In this document: one piece after another, positions 1 to 13,157 of the stretch
Numbering within the stretch: position 1 is the stretch's first letter
Layout of the letters: every line of letters begins with the position of its first letter
Origin: Octopus sinensis
Lineage: Eukaryota
DNA length: 64,000 nucleotides
Direction: 5' to 3'
NCBI RefSeq assembly: GCF_006345805.1
Contig: NC_042998.1
Location: forward strand, 21,700,001-21,764,000
Position numbers and translations under genes: made by a program
The notes under the pieces: model-generated
The model's database searches: none
Seen by the model: only the letters and a program-made list of their open reading frames with translations
What the model was told of the DNA's origin: nothing

Positions 1-48
1 ATGTGGTTGGTTAGCAAGCTACTTACCACACAGCCACTCCTGCGCCTA
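1..48 (-). mobile_element. tRNA-derived SINE family A, 5' head (cut by window edge)
   Basis: Reverse complement of the head TAGGCGCAGGAGTGGCTGTGTGGTAAGTAGCTTGCT seen at 23980 and 31660. Confidence 0.8.
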
Positions 49-365
49 TATATTTGTATTTATCTAATAAGTGCTAGCCCACGAAACTCTCGTGCCTTGA
101 GTCACTGGTTACTTCTACCATATATTAAAACATTTCTGTGTTGGGGTGGGGTAAGAGAATAACGGTGGTCAGCGTCAATAGGACTTTTATTGTTTAGAAA
201 AAGCAGTAAAGTATCCAACGTTTCGGATTGAGTACTTCTTCAGGGCTGAAGAGAACAGGGAAGCGAAATAAACAGAAGAAATGGCGTCTTTTCTCTCATC
301 TTAAGCCTGAAAAATGACTCCACCCGAAGCGTATAATTTTCCACGTTAATCTTTCTTGGGCGCTT

Positions 366-426
<61 letters not shown>

Positions 427-555
427 AGAGAGAGAGAGAGAAAGAGAGAGAGAGTGTGTGTGTGTGTGTACACATACATAAAAAACACAAATATAAACAT
501 CATACATAAGCGGATATATCCACGTACACAGGTAAATAGTATTTTATATACACCT

Positions 556-593
<38 letters not shown>

Positions 594-607
594 GGAGAGA
601 GAGAGAG

Positions 608-647
<40 letters not shown>

Positions 648-785
648 GGGATGGATGGATAGGCAGACAGACAGAGATAGATAGATAGACAGACAGACAT
701 ATCCCTAAAAAGACATAAATATATATATATGCACATATATTTACAAACACATACATACACACCCCACCCACACCCCATATATATA

Positions 786-2045
786 CAGGGGTTTGACAAA
801 ATAATGGAAACACCTAGCATCATAATTTTGAAATTTCTATAAAAACCGTCAAAAGCTTACTTGTTTTTATGTTTTTTGATTGGCATGTTTTGCTAAAATT
901 GCTGTGACTTTTCGGATATCCTCAGAAAAAGGTAATTAAAATTCAATAAAATGACAGATGTATCGGACTTTCAAAGAGGTCAAATTGTTGGTGCTCGAAT
1001 GGTAGGTGCTAGCGTAACGAAAACAGCCGAGATGTTTGGGGTATCAAGAAGCACTGTCTCGAAAGTAATGACAGCCTTTAAGAAAGAGGGGAAAATCTCA
1101 TCGGAAAAAATAACTCCAGAGGAAAACCAAAACTTTCAGATAGAGGCTGTCAGACTCTTATGCGAATTGTTAGAAAGGATCACAAAAGTACAGCTCCCAA
1201 AATTACTGCATAGCTTGATGACCACCTCGGAACCCAGTTTCCAAAATCACTGTTCGCCGAGAACTGTACAAAGCCGGATTTCACGGGAGGGCTACAATCA
1301 GAAAACCACTACTTTCAAAAATAAACGTTGCAAAGCGTTTAGAGTGGAATAAAACCCCACAGAATTGGTCACTGGAGCAGTGGAAGAATGTTATTTTCTC
1401 AGACATGTCATCCTTTACCTTATTTCCGACCACCGGCCGAGTATACCTGTGGAGACAGCCAAAAGAAGCATTTGCCCCAGACCGCCTTCTTCCAACTGCT
1501 AAGCATGGAGGAGGATCTGTGATGATCTGGGGGTGGGGGTCTATATCTTGGAAATCTGCCAGCCCAATGGTTTCCCTTCATGGCAGAATTATTAGTCAAG
1601 ACTATTTAAGCATTTTATCTGACCAAATTTATCCTGTGGTTGCGAAAGTGTTTCCGGATGATAATGCACCAATTCCCAATCTTTCAAGGTGATAATGCAC
1701 CAATTCACACAGCTAAAGTTGTTACTGAATGGCACGAGGAATATTGTGGTGAAGTTGAACATCTTATCTGGCCACCACAGTCCCCAGATCTCAATAGGAT
1801 AGAAAAATTATGGTGCATTTTAGAAAAATAAGTAAGGAGTCGATATCCTCCACTATAATCATTAGAATAACTGGAAACTGTTTTAGCTGAAAAATGGACA
1901 ACAATTCCTTTGGAAACAATTCAAGCTTTGTACGAGTCCATACCTCGTAGAATTCAAGCTGTAATTACTGCCAACGGCGGTCCTACCCTATATTAAAATA
2001 TATTTGTTTGAAATTTTAAGGTGTTTCCATTATTTTGTCCAACCC

Positions 2046-2048
<3 letters not shown>
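786..2048 (+). mobile_element. Tc1-like DNA transposon, full length, decayed
   Basis: 29-bp TIRs CAGGGGTTTGACAAAATAATGGAAACACC (786) and GGTGTTTCCATTATTTTGTCCAACCCCTA (2020-2048), 5' flanking TA, internal transposase. Confidence 0.93.
951..1996 (+). pseudogene. Tc1 DDE transposase pseudogene (frameshifts and stops)
   Basis: MTDVSDFQRGQIVGAR HTH, VIFSD, KHGGGSVMIWG, FQGDNAPIH, WPPQSPDLNRIEKLW, terminal GGPTLY*, split over several frames. Confidence 0.92.
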
Positions 2049-2113
<65 letters not shown>

Positions 2114-2162
2114 AAACAAGTCAAAAATAGAAAATGCTAAGATAATTTTATAGTGAATCTTT

Positions 2163-2200
2163 CAGTACCGGTTTCGGTCATTTTGAGACCTTTTCAACTG
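2163..2200 (-). ncRNA. Minimal type I hammerhead-like motif (variant core) in PLE repeat
   Basis: Reverse complement of the 4202-4239 motif. Confidence 0.55.
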
Positions 2201-2529
2201 TAACGATTAAATAATTAAATTTAGAATAATTAGAAGAAAAGTTTTTTAAAAGGAATATTTCTATAGTAGTGTTCAGATATAAGTGGCATTTGCCTTTCTC
2301 TGACTCCCTTGTTTGCACTTGTGTGTTCGAGGTCGTTGTGAGTTCTTGGTAGGGTAGGAGAAGCAGAAGGCTGATGTGGAGAGGGGGTGGGGAAATCTGG
2401 GAATGCCTTGATGGTCGTATTTTGAATGGTCAGTGGCGGACAGCAGTCGCAGTTCAATTCAGGAATTGTTTATGGAATTTGCGTAGGCGTTATACTGAAA
2501 GGCATTAGTGACAAGGTTAAGGGGTAGAA

Positions 2530-2690
2530 GGTGGAGAAGTAGAAGAAGATGATGTTGATGATGATGATGTTGATGATGAAGAAGAAGGAGAAGGAGAAGA
2601 TGATGATGATGATGATGGTGGTGATGATGATGACGATGATGATGATGATAATGATGATGATGAAGAAGAAGAGGAAGAAGAAGAAAAAAA
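2530..2690. repeat. (GAT/GAA)n trinucleotide tract in PLE 3' region
   Basis: Direct reading. Confidence 0.85.
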
Positions 2691-2810
2691 CAGAGAAGGG
2701 AGAATATGAATGGGTGAAAGTATAGCTGTGATGGGGCTGATTAGTAATGGATTCTATGGAATGTAATATTGTGTGTGTATATATTTCTTTTATTCTAAAG
2801 TTGAGGTATA

Positions 2811-3859
2811 TTAATTGTTTGTCGTAGACCCGTTAAGAAGTGGCCTGTATTTTGTAATAAAGAGATTTTCTTTACTTATTCGTTGTCTCGAGGTTGTATC
2901 GTCCCTAAATTGGTAGAGGGGGAAAATCCTGAAGTTTGGTGTTTTTTTGTTGGCGCAAGTATCTATGTGTTGGCTAAAAGCTATTCTGTTTTGGGGAGGA
3001 ATTTTTATCTGGGATCTGTGCAGGGCCATTCGTTTACGCAAACCATTTTTTGTTTGGCCTATGTACTGCTCTTGATACCCGGAGCAGGTTAGTGAGTATA
3101 TTAGGTTCTCCGAAGCACATGTGAAGTTGGTTGCTTTTCACTGTAAACCGTTGTCCCTGTTTGAAGGAGAACTCTGATCCCTCAATTAGATAGTCGCATA
3201 TCCCGCAATTGGGTCTTCCACATTTTTTTATTGTCGGCTTCTGTGTTGAAGAGTGAATTCGGGCTTGTGTTAGGAGACTTTTCATGGATCTAGGCTGTCT
3301 TTTGCTTTTTATGATCGTGTGTGTTTGGAGGATTGTGTTCATTCTGGGGTCTTTTTTTAGGAGGGGTATGTTGTGGAGATGTATGGTAAGGCTTTTGGTT
3401 GTAAGTTTTTCTTTGATTTGGGATGTCTCAGTTCCTTGATGTTAAGTTGAAGGGCACGTTGAATGCACTTGTCAATAAGTGAAGGTGGATAGTTCCTGGT
3501 GATAAGGGTATCTTTTAGTTCTTGTAGTCGTGTGTCTCTGGTGTTTGCGTTAGAGACTATAGTGCATATCCTTTTTGCTAGATTGAAGGGGATATTCATC
3601 CTGGTGTGTCTGGGGTGGCATGAATTGAATGGAAGATATTGCTTAGAGTCTGTAGGCTTATAGTATATGTCTGTTTCTATTATATTATTAGCTTTCTTAA
3701 TGAGGATATCGAGGAAGGGGAGTTGTTGCTGGCTATATTCCATCGTGAATTGTATGTTTACGTCCAGTCCGTTTAAAATTTCCTGGAATTCTATGAGTTT
3801 TTCTATATTTTTATGCCAAAGAAGTCATCTAGATATCTCTTCCAGTTGTTTTCTATGTA
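2811..3859 (-). pseudogene. Penelope RT C-terminus plus GIY-YIG endonuclease pseudogene
   Basis: WKRYLDD, LPFLDILI, DIYYKPTDSKQYL..SCHP, CGRPNCGIC, NLIY..TC...YIGQT, R...ENLFI.KY.P.LN across frameshifted ORFs. Confidence 0.9.
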
Positions 3860-4201
3860 TCGTAAGGTTCTAGAAAAATATGGCAGCCCTTTCTCCATCT
3901 ACATAGAAAACAACTGGAAGAGATAACCATAAACAATTCCTGAATTGAACTGCGACTGCTGTCCGCCACTGACCATTCAAAATACGACCATCAAGGCATT
4001 CCCAGATTTCCCCACCCCCTCTCCACATCAGCCTTCTGCTTCTCCTACCCTACCAAGAACTCACAACGACCTCGAACACACAAGTGCAAACAAGGGAGTC
4101 AGAGAAAGGCAGAATGCCACTTATATCTGAACACTACTATAGAATATTCCTTTTAAAAAAACTTTTCTTCTAATTTTCTAAATTTAATTATTTAATCGTT
4201 A

Positions 4202-4239
4202 CAGTTGAAAAGGTCTCAAAATGACCGAAACCGGTACTG
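4202..4239 (+). ncRNA. Minimal type I hammerhead-like motif (variant core UUGAAAA)
   Basis: CAG-TTGAAAA-GGTC(tcaaaat)GACC-GAAA-CCGG-TA-CTG: stem I, stem II, palindromic stem III. Confidence 0.55.
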
Positions 4240-4325
4240 AAAGATTCACTATAAAATTATCTTAGCATTTTCTATTTTTGACTTGTTTTTTCATATATAT
4301 CAACTTGTGTGTTCCTTCCACCCTT

Positions 4326-4369
<44 letters not shown>

Positions 4370-4527
4370 TTTCATTACATCAATTTAAAATGTAGAGCAA
4401 TCTTCAGCTGCACAAAAACATAGAATTTAATTAAATTAGGACACATTAGTATAATTTTACCTAAAATCTCCAAAGAGGATAATGAGATAGACAAAGAACC
4501 TATTTTACCAACACCACCACAGTTGTG

Positions 4528-4577
<50 letters not shown>

Positions 4578-5399
4578 CATGCAGTCCATTTAAATGATTT
4601 AAATATTAATGAGACTTTCGTTCTTTGATAGTAACATTTCGTTAGCATGAAACTCCGACTTACGAAGCATTGTCTGTAAGTAACGCCACATGTGTTTATG
4701 TGTTCGTTGGTTTGTTTGTGCGCTAATATCATGCAACGTCTATCAGTTTTATTGATTTCATTAATGGGAGGAGAATGTATATTGCTGTGGTGAGCCTGCT
4801 TTTCGCAAGTTAATTAACAGATTAATTAAAACAGCTCTCACCATGGCAGTTCAGACTTGGTTCACAGACATCAGATCGACTAGGTCATAGAAGATGCAGA
4901 TTTTCTAGTATGACGATGACACAGAAAAAATTGGGAGGTGTAATAAGATAAAACAGCAGGGGGGAAAGAGTAACGGAAAGAGGGCAGTTGAGAAGGAAGG
5001 TAGGTAGATAGATAGACAGGTAGATAGATAGATAGACAGGTAGAATATACATATAATTTAAGGATAAAAATCTATATATAATTTATTAAGTAGCCAGCAT
5101 GGAAAACCAATTGAGGAAAAAATTAATACAAAGTATATAATTTTCCTCATAATGTGTGTGTGTAACCCCACTGGATTGGGAGAAAGCGCTAATAATCCGA
5201 ATGATATGATCTGAATGATATGATAGATATATACTGTATGTAAAAAATGTAATATATAAATAAATATCTATAAATATGAACCATCCGATCTGATTACCTC
5301 ATTTTTTCTAATATATATATATATATATATATTTTGATTTTGATTTTTCCAGTTTCAGCTAATGAGCTGTGGCCATGCTGGGGCAATATATATATATTT

Positions 5400-5885
5400 C
5401 TCTCTCTCTTTGATTCCTTTGCCCCCTTTTTTCTCTCTCTTCTCCTCTCACGTGACCGCCGGTCAACTAGCCTTTCGGCTTCTGACCACCGCCACGACAA
5501 CATCGATTTCTTCGTCTGCCGCAAAGGCATTTTTTTCAAAATACGCCAGCTAAGCTAAGTTGAACTGTCTAAAGTCGTAAGACGCCCACTGTTTTTGTCC
5601 TGTTCTTACTATTATTGTTTTTTGTATTTATATTCGTGTGGCATCGTCCGTTTTTCTGTCCTTGTTTCGTATACATTCGATCCTTTTTCCAAGAAATCTA
5701 ATGCTCGTAGCTTAATTTTTCCTTGGGGCTGGCCGGATCGGAGCGATCTCAAGATTAATCAGCCGAAATTGCGAGGATGATCCGGTTCTTGACTGAAGAT
5801 TAGAGGCTTCGAATGACCCGTCCGTTTTTTGTGTCGTCTCTTTGAGTGTTTTGCGTTCTTGTCCCATTTTGTATTTTTCTATATA
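5400..5885. mobile_element. Unclassified non-autonomous interspersed repeat (second copy at 56225-56975)
   Basis: Shared TCACGTGACC and an indel-free colinear core 5727-5811 = 56809-56893; flanked by (TA)n. Confidence 0.6.
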
Positions 5886-5899
5886 TATTTTTATACATA

Positions 5900-5926
5900 T
5901 ATATATACGTATGTATACATACAGAC

Positions 5927-5970
<44 letters not shown>

Positions 5971-6059
5971 GTATGTATACATACAGACGTATATATATAT
6001 ATATATTATATATAATATATATATATATTATATATTATACGTATGTATACATACAGACG

Positions 6060-6095
<36 letters not shown>

Positions 6096-6269
6096 CGTAT
6101 GTATACATACAGACGTATATATATATTATATTATATATATATTATATATTATATACGTATGTATACATACAGACGTATATATATATATATATATACACGT
6201 ATGGTATACATACAGACGTAGATATATATATATATATATATATATAATACACGTAGGTATACATACAGA

Positions 6270-6300
<31 letters not shown>

Positions 6301-6436
6301 CGTATGTATACATACAGACGTATATATATTATATATATATATATATATTATATATATATACGTATGTATACATACAGAGTATATATATATATATATATAT
6401 ATAGATATATATATATACGTATGTATACATACAGAC

Positions 6437-6474
<38 letters not shown>

Positions 6475-6736
6475 ATATACGTATGTATACATACAGACGT
6501 ATATATATATATATATATATATACGTATGTATACATACAGAGTATATATATATATATATATATAATATATATATATAATATACGTATGTATACATACAGA
6601 CGTGTATATATATATATATATATTATATATATATATATACGTATGTATACATACAGACGTATATATATATATATATATATATACGTATGTATACATACAG
6701 ACGTATATATATATATACGTATGTATACATACAGAC

Positions 6737-6779
<43 letters not shown>

Positions 6780-6780
6780 C
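5900..6780. repeat. Minisatellite: about 16 copies of ACGTATGTATACATACAGACG separated by variable (TA)n
   Basis: Direct reading; the core GTATGTATACATAC is palindromic. Confidence 0.9.
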
Positions 6781-7254
6781 ATATAGAACGTATATACATG
6801 CATATATACATACATACATCTACATACATACATATTTACATATGTATGTACGTAGCAGAGGTGACTCCAGGTCAACAGCACCACTCGGGATCATCACGGA
6901 TTTCGCATAAGACACATGACTGCTCGAAGAATTTCCTGCTTTCCCGCTTTATTTCTAATCCCAAATGGCTTATTGTTTTTATATATATCTAGCACTATGT
7001 CTTTCACCTGCCAGACTCGTTCATATTAGCCCGAGCTGCTGGATAATTTTTCATTCTTTCAAGAATATTGTAGAATGGAAATTTTTCATTGATTGGAATT
7101 TAAATCCTAATCTCTTCAGAAATTTATTGTTTCAAGAAAAAATTTTAAATTACTTTGTGAATTTGAATTACTTTCAATTTTTACGATTATAGATAACAAC
7201 TCGCACTGTAACTTCTGAGCTCGAGTCAAGCGCATGTGAATGATGTCGAGAGAA

Positions 7255-7720
7255 CGTCTGAACCGTAATTAGTCTGCACATCCTCTGATAACTCATGGAT
7301 GCTGATTCGACGATTTCCCCTCACAGCTGCACGCACATCTGCTATGCTTTTCTCAGTTCTGCTCGTTGCGGCTCTCTATCGTCACTATCGACATTTTTTT
7401 CGGCCATCTAGAAACGTCTAAACCACTTGTACACATCTGCAAGGCTCATATATTCCTCTCCTGAGGCTTTCTGCAACTTTGCGTAGGCCTCTGAGCAGGT
7501 ATCACCATGACCGCTTGCTCTGTCATGGCCAATGCGACGATCACACGCTACTCACCTTCCTTCCAAGCACTGCTGTAAATAGCGGAAGTGAGCTAGGACG
7601 TTAAAACTTAATGCGCATGCACGGCAGAGTCCAAGGTCAATCTGTGCCAAGCGGCTTCACCCTGCGTGCTTTAGTTTCGTTACTATGGCAACAGTCCGGA
7701 TACTTATTGATCATACTTCG
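7255..7720 (-). mobile_element. Mariner-like transposon 5' fragment
   Basis: Minus-strand end TA|CGAAGTATGATCAATAAGTATCCGGAC; decayed N-terminus EAYAKLQKA.GEE.MS..DVYKWFRRF...NRRISIHELS. Confidence 0.7.
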
Positions 7721-7825
7721 TACGTATGTATATATATATGGTGTGTCTAATACCTAAAAAGCACGAAGACAAGGAAAAAAAAGCAAAGTGTATTAAGTTT
7801 ACGTTCAGGAAAAATAAAAGTCTTT

Positions 7826-7876
<51 letters not shown>

Positions 7877-8799
7877 TACGCTCTTCTTCAGAAAAGAACA
7901 AGTCTGTCTCGATTAGACAATTACCGCATGATTAAATGACCGGAAGAGGAAGAGGTTGCTGAAGGTGTGATTGGCAAAGGGGAGAACTATGAGAGGTGAG
8001 GTGAAGCATGGGTACTATATGTATGTATGTATGTAGTATGTATGTATGTATGTATTAATGAATGAATGAATGCATGCATACATGTATTGTTTAAATTTTT
8101 GACATAGGAGGTAAATATTTATATTATGCAACTGTATATATATACTATAATGACGAAAGCTGCTTTATGATTAGTTTGGATATTCAACTTTGACTAAAGG
8201 AAAGCAATTATTAAAGACTGCGCTGTCTAGAAAATTCTTTAATGTTCTAATTCTAATGCCTTTTCTTTTTATCAAAATGTGGCTTTTGAAATTCTTACAT
8301 AATTGAAGATTGCAACCTCAGAAAACTGATTTTAATTCACTGCTAGATAGAGTGCTTCTCTTTCTCTCTCTCGTAGCTTTATAGTTAATTCCTTTGTTGA
8401 GATCACTGTTCCTGTTATTGTAGTTCGTATGATGAACAGGAATAAATAGATAAAAATATAATTTCCTATCTTTGTACATCTATAATTGTGCTTTTATAGG
8501 TTATTAACATTAAAATGTACAAATATTTATGTCAATGAAAAGCTAATGCACAACAAACAAAAAGTTATGCCATCACGTGTTCGAACCTACAGTAAACTTT
8601 TCACGTACAAGTTTTCAGTTTATTATATGTTTGTGTATGTATATATATATATGTATCCATCTATCTATATATGATAAACTGAAAACTTCTACGTGGTTAA
8701 ATTAAATATCAAATGATGACTTCATAAACTCTAACACAGGCTTTGAAGGCGCCATTTTTAACGTGCGGTCTATCTGACCATTTACACTTTAGCCAGCAG

Positions 8800-8965
8800 T
8801 CCAACCCTAACTCTAAGCCTAATCCTAGCTCTAAACCCTAACTCTAACCCTAAACCTAGCCATCACTCTAAAACCTAGCCAAAATCCTAACCCAAAATCC
8901 TAACCCAGATCTTAACACTATCTTAACCCAAAATCCTAATTCTAACCCAACACCCTAACCCAGAT
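8800..8965. repeat. Degenerate (CCCTAA)n telomere-like tract
   Basis: ccaaccctaactctaagcctaatcctagctctaaaccctaactctaaccctaa... Confidence 0.65.
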
Positions 8966-8995
8966 CAGTTCAGATCATATCGTAGATCAGAGATC

Positions 8996-9179
8996 CTCTT
9001 TTACTCGTTTTAGTCATGTGACTGTGACCATGCTGGAGCAACGCCTTTAGTTGAGCAAATAGACCCCAGGACTTCTTTGTAAGCCTAGTACTTATTCTAT
9101 CGGTCTCTTTTGCCGAACCGCTAAGTTACGGGGACGTAAACACACAAGCATCGGTTGTCAAACGATGATGGGGGGACAA

Positions 9180-9223
<44 letters not shown>

Positions 9224-9455
9224 TTATACACACACGATGGGCTTTCACACAAACATATACACACACACATAAATATATATACATATACACGACGGGTTTC
9301 TTTCAGTTTCCGTCTACCAAATCCACTCACAAGGCTTTGGTCGGCCCGAGGCTATAGTAGAAGACACTTGCCCAAGGTGCCACGCAGTGGGACTGAACCC
9401 AGAGCCATGTGTTTGGTAAGCAAGCTACTCACCACACAGCCACTCCTACACCTAT
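8996..9455 (-). mobile_element. SINE family A
   Basis: tRNA-like head at right, internal (CA/TA)n, tail GGCGTTGCTCCAGCATGG..CAGTC.CATGACT. Confidence 0.85.
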
Positions 9456-9489
9456 ATCCTGGTTATAATTTTTTTTTTTAATAAGAGGT

Positions 9490-10036
9490 AATTTCGTTAG
9501 CAGGGATAATTCACTACAAGTTCGTTCCAGACAGTCAAATTATTGATGCCAACCTGTACTCCGAACAGCTGGAGCAGGTGCGTGTCATTGTGTGGTTAAA
9601 ATACCCGGCGTTGGTTAACAGAAGGCGAGCTCTTCTGCAGTAAGACAACATAAGAACGAACCGGAATAAACTCCAGGAACTCGAGGGAATCGAACTGATG
9701 TCATACGCAGCATACAGTCTAGACCTAACTCTCTTGGGTTGCTATTTCTTCCTCTGTTTGTGGGTAGTAAAGAAATTTATTTATTCTGATCTATGGCTTA
9801 CTTTCTTCGCTCGCAACACTTCCTCGGCCAAGGGAAGGCGGAAACTTCAGTAAAAGGTTTCTGTGGCTCAAAGGATAAAAAATTAGTATCAGCATGGGAT
9901 CAAAGACCTGTCAGAAAGGTGACTTCAGAAAGGGCAACACAATGGCCTCCATTTTGAATACTAGGCTGCTTTTGTTGTCAACTTACGAAGGATGTAAGTC
10001 AGTAGAATATGTAAAACTTTTGACTCAATACAATAT
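9490..10036 (+). mobile_element. Mariner transposase C-terminal remnant with right end
   Basis: IHYKFVPDSQIIDANLYSEQL..YPALVNRR..LLQ*DN..AYSLDL (decayed YSPDL). Confidence 0.7.
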
Positions 10037-10489
10037 TATAATGTATATTTTAACCAAAGAAGTTTTACAGAGAAAAACTCATCTTTTACAAAGCGGTGTT
10101 ATCGGCTTAACAAAGTTTAGAGCATGTATTTCAATGCAGTTTTTAACTCATACATGTACGTATGTCCATATGATATATATTTATTTGTGTGTTTGTGTGT
10201 GTACATGCATGTATGTACGTTACGTATGTATGAATGTAATTAGTTTTATTTCAAGATTTCTTGCCAATATAGAAAGAGCCTATTTCTAACCTAGATCCAA
10301 GGATCCTTCATTGGAATTTCAATATCAACAACAGCGTATTTTTGTTTGTATGTATGTGTGCAGATTTGTATGTTTTGTTTTATGTATGTATTCTCTTGCA
10401 TATAGTTGCATATCTAGACATGCTCATATATATATTTAAATTGAGTATGGGATTCAAGCCTCTTCTCCTTATCTCCTCAAAGACATACA

Positions 10490-10960
10490 GCATCTCGAAA
10501 GAGTCCAGAGGCTGGCTACCCGCATGGTTCATGGTCTCAAAAATTTATCCTACGAAGAAAGGCTGAGGACGCTCGACCTTTATTCTCTTGAAAAACGCCG
10601 CCGCCGTGGTGATCTCATTCTCGCCCACAACATCATAAGCGGGAAGTGTAACCTCTCGAAAGAGCTGTTCTTCACTCCTGCTCCGGAGCGTCGGCTGCGG
10701 GGTCATTCCGAAAAGCTCTACCTGCGACGATTTCATCTCAATCGAAGGAGAGGAGCTTTCTCCGTCCGGGTTGCGGATCCGTGGAACAAGCTGCCAGACG
10801 AGATGGTGAAGATGCCGACGACCGCTTTGTTCAAAGCCTCCCTGGACCTCAAGTGGCCTGAACTCTTTACATGAACACCACCCTGTACTTAACTCCATGT
10901 CCCCCTACATAGCCTTGCTATTTGCTTTTGAGCCAAATTAACTAACTAACTAACTAACTA
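10490..10960 (+). mobile_element. CR1/L2-group LINE 3' fragment with (TAAC)n tail
   Basis: ORF 10524-10874 LSYEERL..LDLYSLEKRRRRGDLI..RGHSEKL..FSVRVADPWNKLP; tandem TAAC tail 10938-10960. Confidence 0.88.
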
Positions 10961-11169
10961 AATGATGAACTTCTGAAAAATTTTATAGATGTATAAATGC
11001 AGGTATGTATGTATGTATGCATGCATGCATGCTCTTGTCTCTTTCCTTTCTAATTTTGAGTAAATTTTGACCGGCCATCTGCTTAGTAGCAATATTGTAA
11101 AGGAAAGCATCTTGTGTCTTTCATCATCCTTTAAATCTTAAAAAGCTCTTGCAGAATTTTATAGTTCCA

Positions 11170-11552
11170 CTAGCAGTATCGCCCGGCGTTGCTCAGGTTT
11201 GTAAGGGAAATAACTATAAAGCATTTTAGAGAGTTATAGCCAAAAAAATAGCAAAAAAATGGAAAAAAAATTATGGTAAATTTTTTTGAGAGTTAAAAAA
11301 GGTGGAGTTGCGTCCCCTAGACGGTCTGTGGTTTGTGTTTCTGATTCTCGACCCCATGTCGAATTTATCGATTTTTTTCAGAACTGGGGGAACTTTTCAA
11401 AATTTTCGCTGCGTTAGTTTTTAATTATGACATTGGGCTATGTGTGTGTCAAGTTTCATCAGAATCGGTTGAAAGCCGTGGTCAGGGTGAGGGTACGAGA
11501 AAACAGACACACAGAAAACGCACAGACAAACTGCCGTTTATATAGAGAGAGA
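11170..11552 (-). mobile_element. Non-autonomous Helitron
   Basis: Minus strand has 5'-TC, subterminal hairpin CC.GAGCAACGCCGGG and 3'-CTAG, inserted between A and T. Confidence 0.75.
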
Positions 11553-11812
11553 TATATCATGCTCATTTGTAGTGCATGAATTAAGGATCTGCGTTCTCTC
11601 CCCGTGAACTCAAGTTCAACCATACTCAGTTCTAGGCGGGTTGGTACCGATCCTGTTGCTACAATGATAATAAAAAGTATGAAGTTGAAAATATATAACT
11701 GCTCTCTTCCCTTTTTGGTTATTTAAATTCTTCCTCTGAGGAAGAAGCTGGCTTCTAACAGAGATATAAATCTCCATCGTCGGAGCGTAGATAATAAGGA
11801 CAATGTCACATT

Positions 11813-12012
11813 TTAAACTCGAGAAAATGTCTTGCATATTTTTACTGTTCCACTTACAGACTGCATTTGTAATATGCGAGTTAGTTGGTTAATTTCTTTT
11901 TCCGAAAACCCTGGCTTATTCAGACTGACATTTGAGAATTTACTAACCAAGTCAAGTGCATTAATCATTATTCGTATAAATGTGAATTTATAATCTGGAT
12001 GTAAAAGCAATA
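11813..12012 (-). mobile_element. RLE-type (R4/Dong-like) LINE 3' end remnant
   Basis: LLHPDYKFTFIRIMINALDLVSK...GFSEKEINQL..LQMQSVSGTVKICKTF resembles the C-terminus after a restriction-like endonuclease domain. Confidence 0.6.
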
Positions 12013-12045
12013 GTCCTTGTATGTATGTATCTGTGTGTGTGTATG

Positions 12046-12575
12046 CGGCGCTGGATTAGCCATTACGCAAAATCACCACGTGCTTAGGGTGTCAAGGGAA
12101 TGGGGCACCACAGAAATGGTAAATGGTCTACGGCACAAAAGAAATAACTTTCAACTTCATAAATTAATATTTGAAGTGGTTCACATGATTGGGAATATAA
12201 TTTCTAAGTGTTCATAGTGTCACTGTGGGGATCTGATCAAACATTTTGAAATAAAAAAAAAACCGGTAGGAGAAATCTTTCTAGATATAACTAGAGTGAA
12301 AATATCCAGAAACATACCGTTATTTTCCATCTTCCTGTTAATTTTGTTTCATTTTGAAAAAATAAAATTTATTTTGAGGTTTATTATCGTTTATATTTTG
12401 AATTATATATATATATATATATGTATATATATAAAATGAGATAGGGGTTGTAAATTCAACCCTCCATGGGATAACATATATCCAATATACTGCTAGAGAG
12501 ATACCATATATATATGGGGGGGGGTACCAAAATCTTTTAAGTTTTTAGGACCTCTATGGTCTTAATCCGGCCCTG
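12046..12575. mobile_element. hAT-like MITE, decayed
   Basis: Imperfect TIR CGGCGCTGGATTAG / TTAATCCGGCCCTG. Confidence 0.5.
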
Positions 12576-13157
12576 TATGTATGCATGTATGTTTACATAT
12601 ACTGAGTTAGTGCTTAGACTCTCTAAAAATATATCCACTGAGATTAAGAGCTCAACTATTTAAGAAATCGTTAAATTCCAATATATTAGCGTTTCAATAC
12701 ACCATCCTTAACCGAAATGAGTTTCCAGAGAGTTCAAATTGGCTAAAACGAATGTTCAGAGCAAGACGTTTAGAAAATACAGTCATCTGAATGTTATTCC
12801 AAAATCTCTTTATTAGGCTCAACAGTTGTTTCAAAGGATTAATTAAATACGTCATCGACCATATAATCATTTCTTAATTAATGTGTAATTAATTGATTTG
12901 AATGAAACAAGTAAACAATTCAATCAGGAATTAATATTGGAGTATGGAAATCGAAATACCATTGCTGTTTAAAATCATATAATAGCATTTAGATCACAGA
13001 AGATGCAAGGTGCCTGAAGGCGGTCAAAAGATGAATAGTGCCAGCAACATCTGTTGTTTCAAAAGTGTATGTCTTGAGGAACCGCGCTCTGAGTATCAAG
13101 ACCAGGATACGTATGTCTGCCCTGTGCTAATGTATGGAAGTGAGAGATGGTCTATAA

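Larger units (their letters stand above)
2110..4330 (-). mobile_element. Penelope-like element, 5'-truncated, with inverted pseudo-LTR copy
   Basis: 2110-2474 is the reverse complement of about 3927-4293; RT and GIY-YIG remnants lie between; both ends sit in (TA)n. Confidence 0.9.

Noticed and set aside
2530-2690. Acidic poly-D/E coding region
   Set aside because: Trinucleotide tract within the PLE non-coding end with no supporting ORF
5900-6780. CRISPR-like repeat/spacer array
   Set aside because: Spacers are only (TA)n, there are no cas genes, and the context is eukaryotic
8800-8965. True telomere or chromosome fusion scar
   Set aside because: Short, degenerate, single orientation and internal
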